DNA of 64,000 nucleotides from an uncultured Candidatus Saccharibacteria bacterium (lineage in GTDB: Bacteria > Patescibacteriota > Minisyncoccia > HO2-45-28): NCBI GenBank assembly GCA_964412115.1, contig CAYPMM010000001.1, forward strand, positions 764 through 64,763. The letters run 5' to 3'. The notes beneath the pieces are model-generated. The model did no database searches and was not told where the DNA came from. It saw only the letters and a program-made list of their open reading frames with translations. Of the stretch, positions 48,043-56,762 are shown in pieces (within the stretch, counting starts at the first letter, position 1; each line of letters begins with the position of its first letter). Made by a program: the position numbers and the translations under genes.

Positions 48043-48247
48043 GGCGCAAAAATGCTTCCTTTGTGGCAAAGTGATACATTGTGCCTCGAGAAGACATTCG
48101 TTTGAGCATTTTTTTTACGAAAGCGGGTTTGTATTCACCTTCGGGGTCGCGATATCCCGCGAGAAGCAGATTTTTAACAACCTCCATATCCTTTCGGAGA
48201 ACAGAAACATCTTTATTAAGTTTTTTTACCAGAGTTTGGGTGGTCAT
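48023..48247 (-). CDS. Putative antitoxin
   Basis: 74-aa ORF directly upstream of and overlapping the RelE-like gene; DPEGEYKPAFVK motif. Confidence 0.6.
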   Translation of the reverse strand: MTTQTLVKKLNKDVSVLRKDMEVVKNLLLAGYRDPEGEYKPAFVKKMLKRMSSRGTMYHFATKEAFLRHVRSVK

Positions 48248-48276
48248 ATAACTTTATAATAACAAAAATACAAATT

Positions 48277-49959
48277 TTACGCAATTTCTTGTTTATAACA
48301 TTCCTCGCAGTAAATATACGGAAACTCGTCGGCGGCGTAAACTGAATCCACAGCTTTGTTGCACTTTTCGCACGCGCGAGAATAGAACTTTAAATGGTCA
48401 GCGATGAACCGAAGGCGTTGTTTATGCCGCTCAAAGGGGGCGAGCCGTGGAATTGGGATGTTAAAACGGCGGTAAAACGCAAGCTCTATCGGTATAATCC
48501 TATACCCATTCCCCGACGCTTTACATTTCAAAACTTTTTCTAAGATGTCGTCCTTAACATCACTAATGTCATCCGGAATGACGTAATCAGAAAAGACAGG
48601 CGACTCGGCTTTATATCTACTCCAAGCCAAGCCGGTCTTTTCGGCGTCATCCTCGTTGAGAGGGAAATACTCATAAGCAACTGTTTCGTTGTACGCAAAT
48701 GGAGATAACTCAAACGGCAAAAATTCTCCGTACCGATATTGCCGACCCGCCTTATCCACATACGGCATGTCATTCATGTGTTTGCGAATTTTCGTCGTAA
48801 GATTTTCGTATTCTTCTTTTGTGTATCGTTTGTTTAAAATACAATAGTCCTGTTTTTTCAAATTCATTGAGCCGAAACAATTATGACTTGCGGAAATGAA
48901 ATAGGAATATTCAATATTCGTACATCCCTCAAGTACTCCAATCGAAAACCTAACGTTGGCAATCTGATGTACTCCCCCCATCAATTCATATAAGAGTTCG
49001 CCACCCCACACGGATGTTGTGTCATAAGCGTCTTTAACCTGAAGAGTAAACAAAATATACTTTGAATCCTCAGTCTTTTCGGTAAGCCAACAAAAACTGC
49101 AACGTTTTGATTCATTGATGAAGTTGCCTTTTGAATTAACAGAACGTTCTATAAAAACGGCTCTCTGCGGCCGTGACTTCCAAAAGTCAAGGACCCGTTT
49201 TTTTACTTCTTCCAACCGAGAATACGACCCGTTTAGGTTCTCCCTTAGAAAACGCTCAAATTCATCTTTTGAAACCGGTTTGTTGAATATATGGTATTGT
49301 TTGTTCCGCAAACCGCTACAACCAAAAACATTAGAACAATTTCTGCAGTCAAAACAGAAGTATGAGTCGTGACAATCATAACAAAGCTTTGAATAAAAAA
49401 CCTTGTAGCAATTTTCGGAAAGCGTCGCTTCATATCCAAACTCCCCTTGTTGAAACCAGTATGTGTCAAAAGTGTCTTTGGTTTTAAGCGCATATTGGTT
49501 ATATGCGCCGTCCTCATTATCATGGCCACCAAAATTAAGATAGCAATTTTTTTCGTCTGTTTCGTAGTTGCACCATGGGCTATTCACCATATTTACCTGA
49601 AACAAAGCGAGGTGAGGAATATCGCGCTGTAGTTCTTGAAATTGAAGCAGGAACGATTTTGAAAAATCATAATTTCTGCCATATTGCATCGGATCCCACT
49701 TGTCCGAATAAAAACAGGTTGGGCAATATACCTTAAACGGCTTATCCGGCGAATACATTGTGATAACGCTTTTATGACAAAGATCACATGACCGTTTATA
49801 GAGCGTGCGTTCATTTCGCCACGCAAGCCGTCTTTGCAGTCTGCACTCCGGGCAAAAAGTCGGCGCGGGGACTTTTATGCGCGCGTAAAATTCAAAATCC
49901 TCGGGTTCGATTGCGAACTCTTGTTTGCAATTCTGACAAATTTTAATCTCTTTTTGCAT
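48277..49959 (-). CDS. Cys-rich multi-zinc-ribbon repeat protein, paralogue C
   Basis: Same architecture as paralogues A and B. Confidence 0.85.
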   Translation of the reverse strand: MQKEIKICQNCKQEFAIEPEDFEFYARIKVPAPTFCPECRLQRRLAWRNERTLYKRSCDLCHKSVITMYSPDKPFKVYCPTCFYSDKWDPMQYGRNYDFSKSFLLQFQELQRDIPHLALFQVNMVNSPWCNYETDEKNCYLNFGGHDNEDGAYNQYALKTKDTFDTYWFQQGEFGYEATLSENCYKVFYSKLCYDCHDSYFCFDCRNCSNVFGCSGLRNKQYHIFNKPVSKDEFERFLRENLNGSYSRLEEVKKRVLDFWKSRPQRAVFIERSVNSKGNFINESKRCSFCWLTEKTEDSKYILFTLQVKDAYDTTSVWGGELLYELMGGVHQIANVRFSIGVLEGCTNIEYSYFISASHNCFGSMNLKKQDYCILNKRYTKEEYENLTTKIRKHMNDMPYVDKAGRQYRYGEFLPFELSPFAYNETVAYEYFPLNEDDAEKTGLAWSRYKAESPVFSDYVIPDDISDVKDDILEKVLKCKASGNGYRIIPIELAFYRRFNIPIPRLAPFERHKQRLRFIADHLKFYSRACEKCNKAVDSVYAADEFPYIYCEECYKQEIA

Positions 49960-49960
49960 G

Positions 49961-50008
49961 TTCTCTTATTCGCACGCCTGCCTGTCGGTAGGCAGGAATT
50001 AGGGATAT
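49961..50008. repeat. Palindromic boundary motif, copy 3, interrupted by a 20-bp GC-rich palindrome
   Basis: ttct-ctt-attc-gcac-g[cctgcctgtcggtaggcagg]aat-tagggatat. Confidence 0.6.
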
Positions 50009-50017
50009 ATTAAAACG

Positions 50018-50033
50018 TGTTGATATATCAACA
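50018..50033. promoter_or_regulatory. Perfect 16-bp palindrome TGTTGATATATCAACA
   Basis: Exact reverse-complement symmetry; intergenic, upstream of paralogue C. Confidence 0.55.
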
Positions 50034-50049
50034 TATTTTGTTTTAAGAA

Positions 50050-51393
50050 TTATTTCTTTTCTTTCGGCTCCGCGTCCGGTATTTTCAGACCGGGGACTTC
50101 CGATTCCTCGCCGAAAATGGGAAGGCCCGCTGGCGGGCCCATGCGTTTGGCCTCCATCCTTTTGATAAAGGGCGCTGTCAGCACAAGAAAAGACGGCGGA
50201 TGAAAAAGGGTGGCAATGCCTTCGGAGGTAATAATCGCCGGTTTTGACTTTTTGTCAAAATAGAAAAATTGCGATTCTATGATACTGCCAATTTTCGTCT
50301 CCGGCGGCATGGCTCTTTTTATGAAATTAATAAGGATTCTTTGTTTTCTGGCCTCCTCGCGTTTTTTGTAGAAAAAGTGCGGAAACTTCAGCCAATTAAC
50401 CATGGTTCTGGTCGGAATTACCGGAATAAACCAATTTTGAGTCGGAATGGAATACTGGGCGAAGGCCCCCCTTACTCCGCGGTAAGGAGTCTGGCGGTTA
50501 AAAATGGCGCGGGGAGCCAAATAAATGTAGCGTATTATTGTTTCAAAAGGCGCGTTGGAGGCGTTTTTGCCGACCGCTTTCATCACTTCTTCTTCCCCCG
50601 GAGAACGGAAAAGAGTAAGCGCCTCCATGCTTGCGGCGCCCTGAATCCTTTTTGAAGCCGATTTTTCTTTCAACTCCGCGGTGAGCGCGTTGTTTATTTT
50701 CTGCCATTCGACCGGATCGGCCGGCCTTATTAAAATCTGGAGCCACAGATGCTCTTCTTTTTTCAGTTTCGCCAAAACCTCAACCAAAACCGACATCGGG
50801 TCAAGAGATTTTTCTTCTTCAATCGCTTCAAAAAACGGATATGTTTTAAAAGGATAGGCGTTGTTTCGGCCGAGAGACAATTCGAGTCCGAAAAGATCCA
50901 AACCCATTTTGTAAAGGTCGGTTGTCTTGGCCGGCAGGCGTTTTACGTAGTCATCAACCTCAATCATTTCTATTTCTTTGTAGTTGCCGTAAAAAGCGGC
51001 CTCCACTATGTTTTTGTATTTGGCCGGCGTCTTGACGTAAAAATGCGTTTCGCCGTTAAGCTGGGCAATCTCCAAAGACCACCATTCAGTCACCTCCCCC
51101 TCCCAATATTTTTCAATAAAATTTTCGGGACTATTCCGGAGGCTGTAAAGCTTATTTAAAATCTGTTCCATGGCTTTGGGCGATTTGCGTATTTCGCGCG
51201 GTATTCTTATCTCCAGAAGCGACCAGCGCATTTTGTCTTTGTAAATCATCATCCGGTAATACATCCAAATGTTCTTCAATAAAACCGCCGAAAACACAAA
51301 AAGCCAAAGCCACCAAAGCCTGGCTACAATCGTAAAGCCGGGTATTAACGCCGTCTTATATAAGATTTGAAGGGTTTCCCTTACTTCCGGCAT
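50050..51393 (-). CDS. Membrane-anchored protein of the type found with CPR VirD4-like ATPases
   Basis: N-terminal TM; LLEIRIPRE...SPKAMEQ, SLEIA, EVDDY, QILIRP and IATLFHPP motifs. Confidence 0.7.
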   Translation of the reverse strand: MPEVRETLQILYKTALIPGFTIVARLWWLWLFVFSAVLLKNIWMYYRMMIYKDKMRWSLLEIRIPREIRKSPKAMEQILNKLYSLRNSPENFIEKYWEGEVTEWWSLEIAQLNGETHFYVKTPAKYKNIVEAAFYGNYKEIEMIEVDDYVKRLPAKTTDLYKMGLDLFGLELSLGRNNAYPFKTYPFFEAIEEEKSLDPMSVLVEVLAKLKKEEHLWLQILIRPADPVEWQKINNALTAELKEKSASKRIQGAASMEALTLFRSPGEEEVMKAVGKNASNAPFETIIRYIYLAPRAIFNRQTPYRGVRGAFAQYSIPTQNWFIPVIPTRTMVNWLKFPHFFYKKREEARKQRILINFIKRAMPPETKIGSIIESQFFYFDKKSKPAIITSEGIATLFHPPSFLVLTAPFIKRMEAKRMGPPAGLPIFGEESEVPGLKIPDAEPKEKK

Positions 51394-51401
51394 TACTTAC
51401 A

Positions 51402-52427
51402 TTATGCCAGATGAAAGCGCCCGTCGGAAAGCTTTTTAAAGTGAGTTCTGTTTTGAAGGTTTATGGCGATGGTGTTGTCTTTTACGTGGCGCTCCTGCTT
51501 GACAAATTTAATAAGCTCGTCTTTGGACATCGGGCCGCGTTTCTCAAGCACCGCTTTGACTATGTCTTTGACCGTCCCCGCCTGATAGCCCCAGCTGGAC
51601 AAGGCGTAAAGACCACGTCCGACAAGAACAAAGCGCTCGTCTTTAATAAGCTCGTTGTGAACCGTCTGCACGTGGGCGTGTTTTGAAGCCAGTTTCTCAA
51701 TGGATGAAGCCACTTCGCGAAAGTGCAGAGGAGAGCCGTGTTTTTTTAAAACAAGGTAGGCAAAATCGCGCATACCAGAAGGTCTGACTAAAGACGAGGA
51801 AGCAAGGCCCCACTCGCCAAAATTATTGGAAGTAATATTCTTTGAAATGCCGAGCCGCGCGAAAACGGCCTCCTTGCCGAGCGTATGGCCAAATTCGGAT
51901 TCAACGTGGGAACGAAATCTTTTTTCCATTTCGTCTTTAATTAAAGGTTCGTCTCCCAAATTGGCGCAAAAATTAGCTATTGATTTATGGGCGTCTTTTG
52001 ACGCTTTAAAATCGCTTGTCCAGCGGTGGTAAAAATCGGTATCGGCTCCGAGACGCTCAAACGGCCCGCCAAGAGACAAAAAGAAATAAACGTAGTTTTT
52101 TCCGTCTTCATCTGATGCAAAATGCGCCAGCGCCTCGTTTTCACGCCAGACACCGCCCCTTAATTCAAACTCTTTGGCAAGCTCTCCGAAAATCTGATCA
52201 GACGCTCCGAAACCCGGGCTTTGGCGCATTTTATTTATAGCCGCGGCTTCAATCTGGCGCACCCGCTCGCGGGTAATCTTATAGGTCTGGCCTATTGATT
52301 CCAAAGTCTGCCTTTTAGAGCGGGCTCCGATGCCAAACCGGCGCTCAACAACGTCGCGCGCTCGGCCTGAAATTTCTTTTAAAAGCGTTTTGGCTAAATC
52401 TTCAAAATTATTTGCGGTCTTGACCAT
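51402..52427 (-). CDS. Sigma70 region-4 HTH plus C-terminal HARE-HTH (RNAP delta-like) protein
   Basis: RRFGI...TLESIGQTYKITRERVRQIE; PLHFREVA...TVHNELIKDERFVLVGRGLYAL; no sigma region 2. Confidence 0.8.
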   Translation of the reverse strand: MVKTANNFEDLAKTLLKEISGRARDVVERRFGIGARSKRQTLESIGQTYKITRERVRQIEAAAINKMRQSPGFGASDQIFGELAKEFELRGGVWRENEALAHFASDEDGKNYVYFFLSLGGPFERLGADTDFYHRWTSDFKASKDAHKSIANFCANLGDEPLIKDEMEKRFRSHVESEFGHTLGKEAVFARLGISKNITSNNFGEWGLASSSLVRPSGMRDFAYLVLKKHGSPLHFREVASSIEKLASKHAHVQTVHNELIKDERFVLVGRGLYALSSWGYQAGTVKDIVKAVLEKRGPMSKDELIKFVKQERHVKDNTIAINLQNRTHFKKLSDGRFHLA

Positions 52428-52534
52428 ATAATTTAACTTGAGCCTAGCTTACATTAAATAAAAAATATGTCAACTAGGTCAAATCAATGATAAAACATTA
52501 TAAAACAAAACGCAAAAAAAGGCAAATGAAATGA

Positions 52535-52566
52535 AAAGGCCCCGCGCTCTCTACGAGCGGGGGCCG
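52535..52566 (-). terminator. Intrinsic terminator after the small ORF
   Basis: GC-rich imperfect hairpin ggccccgcgctc...gagcgggggcc followed by TTTT on the - strand. Confidence 0.55.
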
Positions 52567-52581
52567 GTACTGCGGGGTGGA

Positions 52582-52809
52582 TCAGGCGTAGATGGTAATT
52601 TCGCGCAAGTGACCCGCGCGATTCGGATCGCTGGAGATAACGATTCGTCTCGTCTCCCAGCCGATCTGATTCTTGGGCCGACGGCTCGGGTGCAGGAGTT
52701 CTTTCTCGCCCCTACTGCCACGACGATGCTCGGCCATCTCTTGCGCCCTGTCGGCATAGTCCACCGTGGTGCCTTTGAACCCATCCCTTCCGTGCCCGTT
52801 TTCACTCAC
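52582..52809 (-). CDS. Small orphan protein (75 aa)
   Basis: GTG start with GGAAGGAG RBS; consensus promoter upstream and terminator downstream. Confidence 0.5.
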   Translation of the reverse strand: MSENGHGRDGFKGTTVDYADRAQEMAEHRRGSRGEKELLHPSRRPKNQIGWETRRIVISSDPNRAGHLREITIYA

Positions 52810-52870
52810 TGCCTCTCTCCTTCCGTTCTGGTTGATGGGCGGAAAAACTAACTTATTTTCAAACACCTAC

Positions 52871-52899
52871 ATTATATATCAAAATGTAGTGTTTGTCAA
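52871..52899 (-). promoter_or_regulatory. Perfect consensus sigma70 promoter
   Basis: TTGACA-17 bp-TATAAT, overlapped by the inverted repeat ctacatt...aatgtag. Confidence 0.8.
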
Positions 52900-53879
52900 G
52901 CACGCCAAAGTATACTCGGCTTTTCCTTGAAACGCCTTAAGCCATATTTCGCCCTCTGCCAAAACGGGCCGAATATGAGATAAACCGCCCCGCTCTTGAT
53001 AAGTCCTGTTGTCCCGCCAACAAGTTCAACGCGCAAAAACGGCAAAAGAACCGAATCAATCTCTTTCCTGCCGTGAAGCATATGGATCTCCGGCTTGCCG
53101 TACTCTTTAAGTTTGCAAAGCCCGATAACTTTCTTAACCATCGTATGGCTGGCGCAAACGGTCTGAACTCCGCGGCCTAAACACATATCCATTATTTCAA
53201 TGAATTGCTTCTCGGTTTCTTCGGAGGTCAGCTCGGCGTCTTTTTTGTAAGTCCCCCGGCAGACCCCTATTTTTACATCGCCGGCCGAAATGCCGTGCCG
53301 CGGATCGGAGAGCAGTATTGAGTCATCATCCGTAATCCAGCCCATGAACTTCGCGGCTCGGGCTCTTCCCTGCCTCGTATAGGCGCGAACGCGTATGGCA
53401 AGGCCCCGATATCCGCGATTCAAAACGATTTCTTCAATCGCGGGATCAACCCATTCAAGTGTTTCCGTTTTTTCCTCGTCAAGCCAGAGCCATCTTTTGC
53501 GTTTTGATTTTGAAACTCGCCCTAAAAGCGCCTCAAGCGCGTCCAAAAATTTTCTCTGTTTACAGCAAACGCAATCGTCCGCGTTTACAAAAGAAGTCGG
53601 TTTAACCGAAATGTCCCCGTTGATACCTTCTTCATCCATTTTTTCCAGAAGTTTCAGATATATTTCAAGCGGATTTTCTCCCGCTCCTTTTATGTCTTCT
53701 AAAGCGTAATTTATCAGGACTTTCAAACCAAGAGAATTATAATATTTCGCTTCTTCAACTGCGTCCTCAATATAGCTTCCGCAGGTAAACTTCTCCAATA
53801 GGTAAAAAAGCCGTAAAAATATGGCGAGGGCGAGCATCACTGCCAGCCCCGCTCCAACGTAGAGCAGAAGCTCCGGCAT
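52896..53879 (-). CDS. Divergent proline dehydrogenase-family protein
   Basis: ISVKPT, WLDEE, VCRGTY, CASH, EIHMLHG and YGLRRFKEKP align with PRODH motifs; N-terminal TM helix. Confidence 0.65.
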   Translation of the reverse strand: MPELLLYVGAGLAVMLALAIFLRLFYLLEKFTCGSYIEDAVEEAKYYNSLGLKVLINYALEDIKGAGENPLEIYLKLLEKMDEEGINGDISVKPTSFVNADDCVCCKQRKFLDALEALLGRVSKSKRKRWLWLDEEKTETLEWVDPAIEEIVLNRGYRGLAIRVRAYTRQGRARAAKFMGWITDDDSILLSDPRHGISAGDVKIGVCRGTYKKDAELTSEETEKQFIEIMDMCLGRGVQTVCASHTMVKKVIGLCKLKEYGKPEIHMLHGRKEIDSVLLPFLRVELVGGTTGLIKSGAVYLIFGPFWQRAKYGLRRFKEKPSILWRA

Positions 53880-53950
53880 TGCCCGCCCCTTTATAAAAAA
53901 TCTCTACCTTAATAAAAGTCCTCCAACAGAAGTTTGTCAACCGGCGCGTT

Positions 53951-54850
53951 TTATTTCCTCCCCCATTTTTGCCACGAAACCAAAAGGGGGCTGGCAAGAC
54001 AGATTGAAGAATATGTTCCGGCGATAACGCCGATAAGCAGGGTTAAAGCGAAATAGCGGGTAGTGTCGGCGCCGAACCAAAAAAGAGACGCCAGCACCAA
54101 AAATATGGCAAATGACGTCGCGAGCGACCGTCCGTAAGTCTCATTAAGACTTTTGCCGACTATGGATTCAAAATTACCCGCGCCATCGGCCTTGCGCAGA
54201 TTCTCGCGGATTCGGTCAAAAACAACTATGGTATCGTGCACCGAAAATCCGAGAATAGTTAAAAGCGCGGTCACAAAAAGCGCATCCACTTCCGCCCCAT
54301 AAAATCGGCCGAGATAGGCGAAAAGCCCAGCCGGAATTAAAATGTCATGCATTAAAGCAACGATGGCCACAACGCCGTATTTCCAAGAAGACACCGGCTT
54401 TGACACATGGCGGAATGCCCAGCTGACGAAAGCCAAAATCAAAACTATTACCAGCGCTATGGATACAAACGCGTTTCGGCGAAGTTCGCGCCCTATGGTC
54501 GGCCCTATTGAATCAAATCTTTTCTCAATCAAAACTTTTTCCGGCTCGTCGTTGCCGGCCAAAGCTTTAATCAAATCCTGGCGGCCTTCGGCCGCAAGCT
54601 CGCCGACCCTTACGATAAAACCGTTGTCCCCCGTTGGTTGTATACGGTAAGAAGACAGATTCAGGGCGGAGAGTTTTTGGTCGGCAAGCGCGATATCGGG
54701 GCGCTCGCCCAGAAATTCCACCTCCAAAATTGAACCGCCGGAAAAGTCAACGCCCAAACTAAATCCGTAAAACAAAATCCCGAAAATACTTGCCGCCAAA
54801 ACCGCCGCCGAAAACGCATATAAAATTTTTCTTAGCCGTATTATTATCAT
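53951..54850 (-). CDS. secF: Protein translocase subunit SecF
   Basis: LGVDFSGGS, IGPTIG, HD, GFSVHDTIVVFDRIREN and GTYSS motifs. Confidence 0.97.
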   Translation of the reverse strand: MIIIRLRKILYAFSAAVLAASIFGILFYGFSLGVDFSGGSILEVEFLGERPDIALADQKLSALNLSSYRIQPTGDNGFIVRVGELAAEGRQDLIKALAGNDEPEKVLIEKRFDSIGPTIGRELRRNAFVSIALVIVLILAFVSWAFRHVSKPVSSWKYGVVAIVALMHDILIPAGLFAYLGRFYGAEVDALFVTALLTILGFSVHDTIVVFDRIRENLRKADGAGNFESIVGKSLNETYGRSLATSFAIFLVLASLFWFGADTTRYFALTLLIGVIAGTYSSICLASPLLVSWQKWGRK

Positions 54851-56172
54851 ATTTTTCTTTTGGCGCCGTAAAGAATAAACGAGAACATATTATTTCTTAG
54901 TCCTGAGGCCAAAACAAACACTTTCGTAACCACAAGAGCCGAAAAAATGCTCGCGAGCACGCCTACGCCCAAAGTCAGGGCAAATCCGCGAATAATGCTT
55001 GTGCCGAACCAGTAAAGTATGGTGGAGGTAATCAGGGTTGAAATGTTTGAATCGCGAATTGAGGGCCACGCGCGCTTAAAACCGGTCTCAAGAGCGTTTT
55101 CAAGCTCTGCTCCCCATCTCACTTCTTCGCGCATGCGCTCAAATATCAAAATATTGGCGTCAACCGCCATTCCGACGGACAAAAGAAATCCGGCGATGCC
55201 CGCGGCAGTCAGTGTTACCGGCAAAATTTTAAAAACGCTTAAAACCAAAATCACGTAAAAAGCGAGGCCAAAAACGGCGATAAGCCCCGGAAGGCGATAG
55301 CGTAAAATTAAAAACAAAGCGACGGCCAAAATGCCGTAGAGTCCCGCAAATATTCCTTTAACCAGCGATTCTTCGCCCAAAGACGCGCCTACGCTTTGCT
55401 GAGCTATGAGTTTGACCGGCACGGGTAAAGCGCCTGAATTTAGCCGGCGGACAAGGGTTCTGGCTTCATCCGGCGTAAATTGGCCGGTAATCTGGGCACT
55501 GCCGGATGTAATTTCCGATTGCACCACGGGCGCGCTTATCGGCAAACCGTCAAGATAAATCGCAACTTGTCTGCCGATATTACTTTTGGTAATTTCGCCG
55601 AAAATTTTCGCTCCCTCGTCGTTGAATTCCAAGAGCACGGCGGGTTCGTTGGTCGTCAAATCAAAATCCAGAATTGCCTTTTTAAGAAATCGTCCGGTCA
55701 ATTCGGACTTGATGAAATAAGGGTCTTCCAAGATAATTTCGCCGGCCTCCTGTTTTTTTAAAATCGCGTCCCGCTCCGTTTCCGGACGTTCGGTTTTGAA
55801 TTCCAGATACGGCGTCTGGCCTATCATCAAAATGGCCTGGTTGGTGTCAAAAACACCGGCAAGCTCAACTATCAGACGGTTTTCGCCCCCAGATTTTTGG
55901 ACCTGCACCACGGGTTCGGTCACGCCAAAGGCATTGACCCTTCGCTCAATGACATCACGAAGCCCCTCCATTGACTCGCTTATTTCAAATGAGTCAATTG
56001 CCGAAACGTCAGCTTCGTAAACCAAATGCGCCCCTCCCTGCAAATCAAGCCCGAGGCGATATCCGATATTGCCCAAAAACCAGTCGGGCTTTACGAAATT
56101 CGCGCCGGCAAAATAAGCGAGAAAAACGCCCGCCAAAAGCAAAGATATGGCCATAAGCCGTATTTTTAACAT
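54847..56172 (-). CDS. secD: Protein translocase subunit SecD
   Basis: LGLDLQGG, RRVNAFGVTEP, SGALPVP and GMAVDANILIFER motifs. Confidence 0.97.
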   Translation of the reverse strand: MLKIRLMAISLLLAGVFLAYFAGANFVKPDWFLGNIGYRLGLDLQGGAHLVYEADVSAIDSFEISESMEGLRDVIERRVNAFGVTEPVVQVQKSGGENRLIVELAGVFDTNQAILMIGQTPYLEFKTERPETERDAILKKQEAGEIILEDPYFIKSELTGRFLKKAILDFDLTTNEPAVLLEFNDEGAKIFGEITKSNIGRQVAIYLDGLPISAPVVQSEITSGSAQITGQFTPDEARTLVRRLNSGALPVPVKLIAQQSVGASLGEESLVKGIFAGLYGILAVALFLILRYRLPGLIAVFGLAFYVILVLSVFKILPVTLTAAGIAGFLLSVGMAVDANILIFERMREEVRWGAELENALETGFKRAWPSIRDSNISTLITSTILYWFGTSIIRGFALTLGVGVLASIFSALVVTKVFVLASGLRNNMFSFILYGAKRKI

Positions 56173-56211
56173 GGCTTGAATTATAAGCTTGAGAGTTTTT
56201 TAAATCAAATA

Positions 56212-56670
56212 CTAGTGAAGACGCTTCAAAAGCTCTTCCGGGTCGGAGACGATGTCGTGAATGAATTTCCGGCTGGAGGGTTCTTCGTAAAGGTCGTGGG
56301 GATAGGAGCCCATAAGGGTTTTATCTTCAAGGGCATAAATGGTTTTGCCGAGCACTGCCGCCGCAAAAAGCTCGCCATGGGTGTTCGCGCCGATATAGCC
56401 GTCTTTATTGAAAACAAAACAAACGTCGGCAACCATTACTTTTCTGAAAAGATGGTCGTATACTTTTCCCGCGACGGTTGCGCGATAAAGGCTGTTTTGC
56501 AAGCGGTCTTTTTCCTGCATTTTGGCAAATTGCGGGTCGTCTTCTTCAAAATTGGGCGTAAGCACATGAACGTGCTGGCCGTTTTTGGCGGCTTGGGCTT
56601 TTAGGCGGTTCACAAAATCTGCCAGCTCGTCTCTAAACCTTACGCTGGTGCAAAAAACAATGGATCTCAT
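56212..56670 (-). CDS. Nucleoside deoxyribosyltransferase/N-glycosidase-like small protein
   Basis: IVFCTS..F...ADVCFVFNKDGYIGANTHGELFAA..LGKTIY pattern of the NDT-like fold. Confidence 0.55.
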   Translation of the reverse strand: MRSIVFCTSVRFRDELADFVNRLKAQAAKNGQHVHVLTPNFEEDDPQFAKMQEKDRLQNSLYRATVAGKVYDHLFRKVMVADVCFVFNKDGYIGANTHGELFAAAVLGKTIYALEDKTLMGSYPHDLYEEPSSRKFIHDIVSDPEELLKRLH

Positions 56671-56726
56671 TTTTTAACTTTAAACCCGCCGTCAGCGCCT
56701 GGCAAATTTGGGTGTGTATAAACCCT

Positions 56727-56756
56727 AAAAAAACGCCCCCGAAGCACTTCGGGGGT
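56727..56756 (-). terminator. Intrinsic terminator
   Basis: cccccgaag-ca-cttcggggg with a T7 tail on the - strand. Confidence 0.65.
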
Positions 56757-56762
56757 ATCTTT

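Noticed and set aside
46043-49959. Diversity-generating retroelement acting on the Cys-rich paralogues
   Set aside because: No reverse transcriptase seen; the shared blocks are identical rather than differing at adenines, and the longest lies at the 5' end
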